The notes under the pieces were generated by a model that was not told where the DNA came from, ran no database searches, and was given only the letters and a program-made list of their open reading frames with translations. A stretch of 63,940 nt of DNA, filler included, from Chiloscyllium plagiosum (lineage: Eukaryota): assembly GCF_004010195.1 (NCBI RefSeq). It is 4 parts of one record of this genome, joined end to end, with 100 filler letters (N's around TTAATTAATTAA, not from the genome) between each part and the next. Parts side by side here need not be neighbours in the genome. Positions count along the whole stretch, not along the records: positions 25,228 to 54,280 come from NC_057710.1; 3 more parts are not named here. One strand, given 5' to 3'. The translations under genes were made by a program, and so were the position numbers. Positions within the stretch are counted from its first letter, which is position 1. Each line of letters opens with the position of its first letter. Of the stretch, positions 26,336 through 37,129 are shown piece after piece.

Positions 26336-26791
26336 TACAAGCAGATCATAGTAAGCAAGGATGTACAGATTAAAAAGATTTAGAGAAAGGCATACAGGTT
26401 ACTTGCACAGGGCATGCGCAACTGTGTCGTTGTCATATTATCAGTTCAGTCAAACAATCAGGAATCATCTTCGCCAACTGAAAGAAAATACTTTGCTCTT
26501 TGAGCTCTGCTTCAATCCCAAACAACTACTTGATTTAACAAACAAACACACAATGAATAAATGTACAGGCACAGACGGATTGGGTAGGAACTAACAGAGC
26601 CAGGAGTCATTTCTCCTGCATGAAAGAATTTACACAACAGTACCTGATCATCCATCTGTACCAGCTAGGTGGTCTCATTTCCTGGACTCCATTTGCATTA
26701 CTTCCGACTTCCACTATACTTTGCAAACAACCTACCTACTAACACAATACATATTAAATGTACATGCTTGAGCATATATGGAGGCACTTAC

Positions 26792-26911
26792 TGTAGTTAG
26801 AATGGATGGTTTCAGAGACGTCAAAGGCACTTTGATCATTTTCCCATTCGGGTTCATAGCCTCTAGCTCAATGACGTGCAGCTCATCCTTTGTTTCTGCA
26901 CCCACACATAC
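26792..26911 (-). CDS. npm4: Nucleoplasmin-family gene, coding exon 3 (120 bp, phase 0/0)
   Basis: Acceptor tgacaatag|, then [40 protein letters not shown], then donor |gtaagt. Aligns with NPM1 [40 protein letters not shown] and has the same length. The npm4 name is inferred from linkage to fgf24. Confidence 0.88.
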
Positions 26912-27103
26912 CTATTGTCAGAAAACAAAAATAAAAAGGTTATCGCCTTTTCACAAAAAAGTGAAAAAATATTTACAAAGGAGGCCTATAAACCAATTTC
27001 TTTCAACTTCATCACTGATGCTTAAAAAAGGAGAAAACTGACAGAACCACAGTATTGGAGACTTGTGGTTGTGTTGCTGAGGATTGGCAAGACAATTGTG
27101 CAA

Positions 27104-27120
27104 GTCACCATCTAGTGGCA
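27104..27120 (-). promoter_or_regulatory. Candidate CTCF-binding motif
   Basis: The minus strand reads TGCCACTAGATGGTGAC, close to the CCASYAGRKGGC consensus. Confidence 0.5.
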
Positions 27121-28314
27121 TCAGCTAGTTATGACAGTGAAAACAAACGATGCAAAAAGCCCTGATGTTTCACAGAGTCGATCACCACAATCTCATTGGA
27201 AAAGTTTCACTGCACCCAATAGATTGATTTCAAAGTGCTGCTCATTTGTGCCTTCACGAAGGGCAGCTAATATGCAAGATGCTACGAAGGCCAAATGCAA
27301 TGAGCGACCCGATAAATCAGTTTCTAGTGGCGTTGGTCAAGGGGATATTACAGACAGGATACTGGGAAAACACAAAGTTCTTTCAAATGATGTCAAGGAA
27401 TCATAACCTGAACAGACACCTGACAGTGCTGCACTGGACATGTCATCTTAATTATTTGGTCAACTTGTGAAGGCATCAGAAACTGAAAACAAAAAATGTT
27501 ATTGCAAAAAGGGGGAAGATTTAGCAAGGTATTATTAACGCAAGTTGATGGCCCCCACATTAGTGGCATATGACACATGTAGTTAGTAACAACTACAATT
27601 ACAAAAGGAGTAACAAATACATCCTGTTTGCATACAGTCTCAAATTCATATAGAATATCAACGAGCAGTTTAACCTTTTTAACGTTGTTAGCAAAATGAC
27701 AATACAAAAGGATAGAGTAACAGTACTTTCTGGCCGTGCAGGATTTCCTTTCTTGGCTAGTGTTTAAGAGGTATTGACTAAAATGGCACCTTGACTTGAC
27801 TAAACTTCCGGAATGTGGAAACACTTGCAATTCAGCATGGAAAGGGGAGTTGCAAAGGTCAGCTCTAGTAGTACAAAAATAACTGCTTGATTCCGGGAGA
27901 CGAAAGCAATCCAAATCAATATTAAGCAATTACACCAGGGTAGGTCATGGCAAGAGGTGAGAATTCATTTGTCACTGGCTGTGCCAGCATTTATTGACCC
28001 TCCCTCGTTGCCCTCGAGGTGGTGGTGAGCGGCAGCCCGGCCCACAATGCCCTCAGGACGGGAATCCCATAAAATATTTAATGCTTCACTCTGAATGTTG
28101 ACAGACATTTGTTAAGCGAATGACTATATTTAACCTAACCTCATGAGCACATCCTTAAGAGTCCATTCACTCAACTGCATTCGATATTCTTACACTCTTA
28201 ATACCACCTCCAGAGTTGAACAATGATCCATCTCAGACTGCTTCAGTGGCCCCCAGCATTACAGATTCCAACCTTCAGCCATTTTGATCACTTCACATGT
28301 TAAGAAGAAATAAG

Positions 28315-28610
28315 TTGTATAAGACTCTGGTACGGCCGCATCTGGAATATTGTGTGCAGTTTTGGTCGCCATACTATAGGAAGGATGTGGAGGCATTGGA
28401 ACGGGTGCAGAGGAGGTTTACCAGAATGTTGCCTGGTATGGAAGGAAGATCGTATGAGGAAAGACTGAGACACTTGGGGCTATTTTCACTAGAGAAAAGA
28501 AGGTTTAGAGGTGACTTGATTGAGGTGTACAAGATGATTAGGGGGTTAGATAGGGTCGACAGTATGAACCTTTTCCCGCGCTGCGCTGTAATCTTCTATG
28601 TTCTATGTTC
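28315..28610 (+). mobile_element. CR1 LINE 3' fragment
   Basis: [24 protein letters not shown] motif and TTCTATG tail. Confidence 0.88.
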
Positions 28611-28689
28611 TAACTGGAGGCATTTGATATTGCAAAAGCAACAGACCCTTATAACAAATCACCAATAATGCTGAAGAACTGTACACCTT

Positions 28690-29960
28690 TCAGCACCCCT
28701 GGCGAAGCAGTTCCAGTAGAGCTACATCTACTCAACAATGTGGAAAATTGCCCTGGTACATCCTGTATACAAAAAGCAGAACAAGTCAAACCTGGCCAAT
28801 AACTAGGAGAAAGTGAGGACTGCAGATGCTGGAGATCAGAACTGAAAGTGTGTTGCTGGTAAAGCGCAGCAGGTCAGGCAGCATCCAAGGAGCAGGAGAA
28901 TTGACATTTCGGGCAGGAGCCCTTCTTCAGGAATTCTTCAGGGCTCATGCCTGAAACATTGATTCTCCTGCTCCTTGGATACTGCCTGACCTGCTGCGCT
29001 TTTCCAGCAACACATTTTCAGCTCTGGCCAATAACTAGCCCATTAGTCTACTCTCAAACAAGAGTAATGGAAAGTGACATCAACATAGCACTTGCTCAGC
29101 AATAACCATCCCCTTAAAGCTCAGTTTGGGTTCAGTCAGGATCTCTCAGCTCCTGACCTCATTAGAGCCTTGGCTCAAACATGGACAAAATAGTTGAGAT
29201 CCAGAGGAGAGGCGAATGCGACTGCTCTCAGTTTCAAGATCATATTTACTAGAGTATAACATCAAGAAGCCCTAGGAAGACCAAGATCAATGAGAATCAG
29301 GATGAAAATGTTATGCAGGCTGAAGTGATACCTGGTACACAAGATAACGTTGTGGAGATCAGCTCCAGCAGAAACCCCTCAGGGTACTGTCCTAGGTGCA
29401 ACCATCTTCAGCTACTTCATCAATGACCTTCTCTCCATCATAAGGTCTGAAGTGGGGATGTCTGTGCTTGGCCCTCTGGTTTAGAGGGATGTGGGCTGGT
29501 AAATGGGACTAGATTAATTTAGGATAGGTTGTCAGCATGGACAAGTTGGATCAAAGGGTGTGTTTCCATACTGTACAACTCTATGACTATCAATGTCTGA
29601 GGAATTACCAGCAACTGGAAGTGGAATTGGATCAGCTATTTAAAAACTGCAGCTACAAGAGAAAGTCAGAAGCTAGGAACTCAAAGTGACATAACTCCTA
29701 TCACTCCAAAGCATGCCCACCATTTAGAAGATGCAAGTTAGAAGCTGATGGAATACTCCTACCTTCCTGGATGAGTATAGCTCTGACAACAGCAGCACCA
29801 CCTGCAAGTTCCCCCTCCAAATCACTCACCCCCAAGTTGGAAATATATCATAGCTCCTGCATTGTTACTGGGTCACACTGCTGCAAATCCCTAACAGCAT
29901 CATGGGCGCAACAACAACTTTGAGAGCAAACAGGAATCACTAATTAATGTAAGTCCAGTG
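28690..29960 (+). mobile_element. Old non-LTR retrotransposon RT remnant, distinct from the main CR1 family; opposite-strand relative at about 46725-47345
   Basis: MWKIA.V.PV.KKQ.KSN.AN.RPISL-type translation and a degenerate PQG.VLG motif. Confidence 0.65.
28807..29023. mobile_element. Fold-back PLE-derived element with 15-bp TSD
   Basis: CTGGCCAATAACTAG at 28792-28806 and 29024-29038, with inverted arms inside. Confidence 0.88.
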
Positions 29961-29979
29961 TAACCCAGTTTCCATGAAT

Positions 29980-30408
29980 ACATAGAACATAGAAGAATAC
30001 AGCGCAGTACAGGCCCTTTGGCCCTCGACGTTGCGACAATCCAAGCCCACCTAACCTACACTAGCCCACTATCCTCCATATGCCTATCCAATGCCCATTT
30101 AAATGCCCATAAAGAGGGAGAGTCCACCACTGCTACTGGCCCACTATCCTCCATATGCCTATCCAATGCCCGTTTAAATGCCCATAAAGAGGGAGAGTCC
30201 ACCACTGCTCCTGGCAGGGCATTCCATGAACTTACGACTCGCTGAGTAAAGAATCTACCCCTAACATCTGTCCTATACCTACCACCCCTTAATTTAAAGC
30301 TATGCCCCCTCGTAATAGCTGACTCCATACGTGGAAAAAGGTTCTCATGGTCAACCCTATCTAAACCCCTAATCATCTTGCACAACTCTATCAAGTCACC
30401 CCTAATTA
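29980..30408 (-). mobile_element. CR1 3' end with an internal 75-bp tandem duplication (30064-30138 / 30139-30213)
   Basis: RFFTQRVVSSWNALPG motif; the duplicated AVVDSPSLWAFK segment is visible in ORF 30056-30394. Confidence 0.85.
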
Positions 30409-32113
30409 AAAAACTTAGCTCAGATCAACCTTGTTCTTTTTATTTTATTATCGGTTTCTTTGGCTTATTTTCCTATCCCTCCCACTTACAAAGGAAGTGC
30501 ATCATTTTGCTATGTTAAGAGATAATTAAGATGAAAATAGTTATGAAAACAAAAAGTTGTTGAAATATGGGAGAAGGCCATTCATCCCCTCAAGCCTATT
30601 CTGCTATCTAGATCAAGACTAAATCATCTACCTCAACGCAACTTTCCCACACTATCCTCAAATATACAGTAGTGTGCGCAATTCTTAAATGCACATTATT
30701 GGAGGAAGTGATCGCACTGGAGAGACTGCTTGGCAGAAGAGTTTCAGTTATGATGAGAGATTGGACAGACTGGAGTTAGTTTCCCTAGAGCAGAGAGGAT
30801 TGTCATTAAACTTTGGGGCCCGACACAGGACAGACACAAGGCAACTTTTCTTCTTGATACAATGACCAGGAAAGATAGATTTAAGGTAAGGAGCGGAAAG
30901 TTAAAGAGATACCAGAAGGTGGGAATCTGGAACTCACTGCTTGTAAGGGTGGGAGAGATAGAATCCCTCATAACATGCAATCAGCATTTAGATGCCCATT
31001 TGAGATGCCAAGGAATACGAGGCTATGCGTGAAGTGCTGGAAAACAGGATTAAAACAGTCAAGAGGTGGTCTTGACTGGCATTGACTCAATGGGCTGAAG
31101 GGCCTTTTCCTGTGCTGTACCTAGAGTCAGAGATGTACAGCATGGAAACAGACCCTTCGGTCCAACCAGTCCATGCCGACTAGATATCCCAACCTAATCT
31201 AGTCCCACCTGCCAGCGCCCGGCCCAAATCCCTCCAAACCCTTCCTATTCATATACCCATCCAAATGCCTCTTCAAATGTTGCAATTGTACCAGCCTCCA
31301 CCACATCCTCTGGCAGCTCATTCCATACACGCACCACCCTGTGTGAAAATGTTGCCCCTGAGGTCTCTTTTATATCTTTCCACTCTCACCCTAAGCCTAA
31401 GCCTTCTAGTTCTGGACAACCTGACCCCAGGGAAAAGACTGTCTATTTATCCTATCTATGCTCCTCATGATTTTATAAACCTCTATGACGTCACCCCACA
31501 GCCTCCAACACTCCAGGGAAAACAGTCCTAGCCTATTTAACCTCTCCTCATAGCTCAAATCCTCCAACCCAGGCAACATTCTTGTGAATCTTTTCTGAAC
31601 CCGTTCAAGTTTCACAACATCTTTCTGATAGGAAGGAGACCAGAATTGCACGCAATATTCCAACAGTGGCCTAACCAATGTCCTGCACAGCCACAACATG
31701 ACCTCCCAACTCCTGTACTCAATACACTGACCTATAAAGGAAAGCATACCAAACGCCTTCTTCACTATCCTATCTACCTGCGACTCCACTTTCAAGGAGC
31801 TATGAACCTGCACTCCAAGGTCTCTTTGTTCAGCAACACTCCCTAGGACTTTACCATTCAGTGTATAAGCCCTGCTAAGATTTGCTTTTCAAAATGCAGC
31901 ACCACGCATTTATCGGAATTAAATTCCATCTGCCACTTCTCAGCTCATTGGCCCATCTGATCAAGATCCCATTGTAATCTAAGGTAATCATCTTCGCTGT
32001 CCACTACACCTCCAATTTTATGTTATCTGCAAACTTACTAACTATACCTCTTATGCTCACATCCAAATTATTTATATAAATGATGGAAAGTAGTGGACCC
32101 AGCACTGATCCTT

Positions 32114-33070
32114 TAATTCTTTGAAAAGGTGACGAAGGAGGTTGATGAGGGGAAAGCGGTAGATGTGGTATATATGGATTTTAGTAAGGCGTTTGATAAG
32201 GTTCCCCATGGTAGGCTACTGCAGAAAATACGGAGATATGGCATCGAGGGTGAGTTGGAGGTTTGGATTAGGAATTGGCTGGATGGAAGAAGACAGAGGG
32301 TAGTAGTTGATGGCAAAGTTTCTTCATGGAGTGCCGTCACTAGCGGTGTTCCGCAAGGATCTGTTTTGGGACCATTGCTGTTTGTCATTTTTATAAATGA
32401 CCTGGAAGAGGGGTTAGAAGGTTGGGTGAGCAAGTTTGCGGATGACACAAAAGTCGGAGGAGTTGTTGACAGTGAGGAAGCATGTGGCAGGTTACAGCAG
32501 GATATAGAGAAGCTGCAGAGCTGGGCAGAAAGGTGGCAAATGGAATACAATGTAGCTAAGTGTGAGGTGACTCACTTTGGGAAGAATAACAAAAAGATGG
32601 GGTACGGGGCTAATGGACGGATACTTGGTAGAGTGGATGAGCAGAGGGANNNNNNNNNNNNNNNNNNNNNNNNNNNNNNNNNNNNNNNNNNNNNNNNNNN
32701 NNNNNNNNNNNNNNNNNNNNNNNNNNNNNNNNNNNNNNNNNNNNNNNNNNNNNNNNNNNNNNNNNNNNNNNNNNNNNNNNNNNNNNNNNNNNNNNNNNNN
32801 NNNNNNNNNNNNNNNNNNNNNNNNNNNNNNNNNNNNNNNNNNNNNNNNNNNNNNNNNNNNNNNNNNNNNNNNNNNNNNNNNNNNNNNNNNNNNNNNNNNN
32901 NNNNAGCAGTGGTGGACTTTCCCTCTTTATGGGCATTTAAGCAGGCATTGGATAGGTATATGGAGGATAGTGGGTTAGTATAGGTTAGGTGGGCTTGGAT
33001 CGGCGCAACATCGAGGGCCAAAGGGCCTGTACTGCGCTGTATTCTTCTATGTTTATGCATTTCTATGTTT
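32114..33070 (+). mobile_element. CR1 LINE RT to 3' end (includes an N gap at 32650-32904)
   Basis: [26 protein letters not shown] and KFADDTK in one open frame. Confidence 0.92.
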
Positions 33071-33169
33071 ATGATCCTTGTGGGGCTCCATTGGTCACAG
33101 GCTTCCAGTCTGAAAAACAACCCTCCATCATCACTTTTGGTATTATACCTTTGAGCCAGTTCTGAATCC

Positions 33170-35190
33170 AAATAAAGAAGAGAGTGGTCCTAAAGGAAGA
33201 GTGCTAAACCGGGCCAAGGCCAATTATATCAAAATTAGGCAGGAGCTGGGAAATGTGGATTGGACACAGCTATTTGAAGGAAAGTCGACATTTGAGATGT
33301 GGGAGACTTTCAAAGATAAGTTAAAGATAGTGCAGGATAGACATGTCTCGTTGAAGACAAAGGATAGGAAGGGCAAGATTCGTGAACCGTGGATGACAGG
33401 AGAAATTGTACGACTAGCCAAGAGGAAAAGGGAAGCGCACATAAGGTCTAGGCAGCTGAGAACAGAATGGGCCCAGGAGGAATACCGGAAGAGTAGGACA
33501 AGTCTTAAACAAGGAATCAAGCGGGCTAAAAGGGGTCATGAAATAGCTTTAGCTAGCAGAATTAAGGAAAATCCCAAAGCATTTTATTCTTATACAAGCA
33601 GCAAGCGGGTAACTAGAGAAAGGATTGGTCCACTAAAAGATAACAAAGGAAGGCTGTGTGTTGAACCCGAGAGAATGGGTGAGATTCTGAATGATTATTT
33701 TGCAGGTGTTCACTAAGGAGAGGAACATGATGGATCTTGAGATTAGAGATAGAAGTTTGATTAGTCTGGATCACATTGGCAAAAGTAGGGAAGATGTGTT
33801 GGGTATGCTAGAGGTTATTAGGGTGGGCAAATCCCCAGGACCGGATGGGATCTATCCCGGGTTACTGAGGGAGGAGAGAGGAAATATTTGGGGCCCTGAC
33901 AGATATCTTTGTAGCATCCTTAAATATAGGGGAGGTGCCAGAGGACTGGAAGGTTGCTCATGTTGTCCCCCTGTAAAAGGGTAGTAGGGATATTCCAGGT
34001 AACTACAGACCAGTGAGCCCGACATCGGTGGTGGGGAAGTTGCTAGAGAGGGTACTGACAGATAGAATCTTTATTTATTTGGAAAGGAATGAGCTTATCG
34101 GTGATGGGCAACATGGTTTTTTGCGGGGGAGATCGTGCCTTACCAACTTGATAGAGTTCTTTGAGGAAGTGACCAAGTTGTTAGATGAAGGAAGGGCTGT
34201 TGATGTCATATACATGGACTTTAGTAAGGAGTTTGAGAAGGTTCCCCATTGTAGACTAATGGAGAAAGTGAAGTCACATGGTGTGCAGGGTGTTCTAGCT
34301 GGGTGGATAAAGAACTGGTCGAGCAACAGGAGACAGAGTAATAGTTGAAGGGAGTTTCTCAAAATGGAGAAAGGTGACCAGTGGTGTTCCACAGGGGTCA
34401 GTATTGGGGCCACTGTTGTTTGTAAAATACATAAATGATCTAGAAGAGGGCACTGTTGGTATGATCAGCAAGTTTGCAGATGACACAAAGATTGGTGGAG
34501 TGGCAGAAAGCATAAGGGACTGTCAGAGAATATATAGTATGCTTGCCTTCATTTGACGGGGTATTGAGTATAAGAGCTGGCAAGTCATGTTGAAATTGTA
34601 CAAAACATTGGTTCAGCCGCATTTAGAATAATGCGTACAGTTCTGGGCGCCACATTACCAAAAGGATGTGGACGCTTTAGAGAGGGTGCAGAGAAGGTTT
34701 ACGAGGATGTTGCCTGGTATGGAAGGTGCTAGCTATGAAGAGAGGTTGAGTAGGTTAGATTCATTTTCACTAGAAAAAAGGAGATTGACGGGGGACCTGA
34801 TTGAGGTTTACAAAATCATGAAGGATATAGACAGGGTGGATAGAGACAAGCTTTTTCCAAGGGTAAAGGATTCAATAATGAGAGGTCATGCTTTCAAAGT
34901 GAGAGGTGGAATGTTGAAGGGGGATACAAGGGGTAAGTACTTCACACGTGGCAAGTACTTCATACAGAGGGTGGTGGGTGTTTGGAACCCATTGCCAGCA
35001 GAGGTGGTAAAGGCAGGCACGGTAGATTAGTTTAAGATGTGTCTGGACAGATGCACGAGTAGGTGGGGAGCAGAAGGATACGGATGCTTAGGAATTGACC
35101 GACAGGTTTAGACAATACATTTGGATCGGCTCAGGCTTGGAGGGCCGAAGGGCCTGTTCCTGGGCTGTAAATTTTCTTTGTTCTTTTTCC
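33170..35190 (+). mobile_element. CR1 LINE ORF2 remnant (linker, RT, C-terminus); the same subfamily is on the minus strand at 56320-58640
   Basis: ASRIKENPKAFYSY, KSPGPDGIYP, RSCLTNLIEFF and KFADDTK motifs. Confidence 0.92.
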
Positions 35191-36089
35191 CTGTATTCCA
35201 TGAGATCTAACCTTACTAATCAGTTTCCCATGGGGAATATTGTTAAATGCCTTACTGAAGTCATATGGATCACATCCATTGCTCTGCCCTCATCGATCTT
35301 CTTTGTTACTTCTTCAGAAAACTTAATCAAGTTTGTGAGACATGATTTCCCACGCATAAAGCCATGTTGACTATCCCTAATCAGTCCTTGCCTTTCCAAA
35401 TACGTGGACATCCTGTCCCTCAGGATTCCCTCCAACTTGCCCACCAACCTTATGCTCGCTGGTCTATAATTCCCTGACTTGACCTTACCACCCTTCTTAA
35501 ACAGTGGCACCACGTTAGCCAACATCCAGTCTTCCAGCACCTCACCCGTGACTATCGATGATACAAATATCTCAGCAAGAGGCCCAGCAATCACTACCCT
35601 AGCTTCCCACAGAGCTCTGGAATACACCTGATCAGGTCCTGGGGATTTATCCACTCTTATGCATTTCAAGAAGCCTAGCACTTTCTCCTCTGTAGTATGG
35701 ACATTTTTCAAAGTGTCACCATCTAGCTCCCTACATTCTGTATCTTCCATGTCCATAGGAAGGAGACCAGGATTGAACACAATATTCCAAAAGTGGCTTA
35801 ACTATTGCGCTATGCATTCCTCTCATCCATAGTCACATTTTTAGATGAAATAACTGAGATTAGACTTGCATCTCTATTTCTACGATACATATTTCTTTAT
35901 GTTACTAGTATCCAAAAATCCATTAACCTCTTTTTTGAAATATCCAAAGACAGCCCTTGGGAATAATTTTAACTATGTATTGAGTAAAGAAATTTCTTAT
36001 CTCAGTCCTAAATGGCTTGCCTCTTATTTGGAGACCACACAGCCTGTACAAATACCTTTTATGCATCCATACTGTAAGTCCTAAGTTTC

Positions 36090-36420
36090 AACTGGGTCAC
36101 CTCTCATTCTTTGAAACTCTGAATAATACAGATTCAGTCTCCTCAAAGTGTAGTCCCTCCATCCAAGAATTAGTCTGGTGAGTTTGTACTGCACTTCCTT
36201 GATAGCAAATATGTCCATCCTGAGTAAGGGGACCAAAATTGTGTAGAATACTCCCAGTGCAATTCCACCAAGGTTCTAAAAATTGCATCAGGACATCTTT
36301 AGTCCTGTACACTCATCCTCCTGCAATACCAGTCAGCATACCACATGCCTTCCTAAATGCATGGTGAACACACATGTCACCCTTCAATCACTTATGAACA
36401 GGGACATCCAGATCCCTTTG
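36090..36420 (-). mobile_element. Old CR1 fragment
   Basis: Degenerate ORF2 C-terminal region. Confidence 0.6.
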
Positions 36421-37129
36421 GACATCAACACCATTCTGCAGCTTGTGGGAAATAGTTAAAAATCTGAAAGAAAAAGTGCAGCGCTTTATTTTCTATAATG
36501 GTGTTTATACCATCTTTGAAGTTCAACATACTACATTGCATGCAATCTATTTCCCTTCATTATCCAAAATGATATCCCATGGCATCTTCAAAATCATATA
36601 AAATTAAAGAGTGCGCTGTAAATTTAAGGCCTTAGAATGGGAAATGGTGAGTCAGAGAATCAATAACAGTTAATGTCTAGCCTGAAGAATGACAAACAGC
36701 CTCTGGCTAAAATGTGAAAAGAAAAATAAGTGCTAAAAAGAATACAAGGAGAGTTGAAGTCTCTAATTAACCCACTTTAAATTGTTCTTGTGCAATATTC
36801 CTGGTCAAAGAGATGAGCCTGGAGCGGTGGCAAAGAAACTTAATGGCATGCATAACAGGGGAGCAACAGGGTGCCACCTTGGCAAACAGCAGCAATAAGC
36901 GACAGCTCAGGTCTCAAAAGCTTTTACCTTGGAGCGACATGGCTACAAAGCGGAGATTCCAGTTTCATGACTGGACAGCTCCAGCTAAATTTGACAGAGA
37001 CTGGGCGCTTTGAAAGACTTCTCTGGCTTTCCTGTGGTTGCATCAATTTGCTACGAATGCATGCAACTTCTCTGTATGTGGCGATATGCATTAATTCCTG
37101 CCTCCGGAAGTCGGTGCTATGCATGGGCC

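Larger units (their letters stand above)
31120..35760 (-). mobile_element. Long minus-strand CR1 LINE split by two plus-strand CR1 insertions (about 32114-33070 and 33170-35190)
   Basis: The minus-strand RT continues collinearly at 31120-32113, 33072-33170 and 35190-35760. TGATCCTT flanks the first insertion on both sides. Confidence 0.8.

Noticed and set aside
26644..26738. 95-bp AG/GT-bounded segment as NPM exon 4
   Set aside because: The translation (VGSCLQSIVEVGSN...) is not NPM-like, the upstream intron would be only 53 bp, and the end phase is wrong.
27393..27929. 178-aa minus-strand ORF
   Set aside because: No ATG start or recognisable domain, and it partly overlaps an old SINE. Treated as non-coding.
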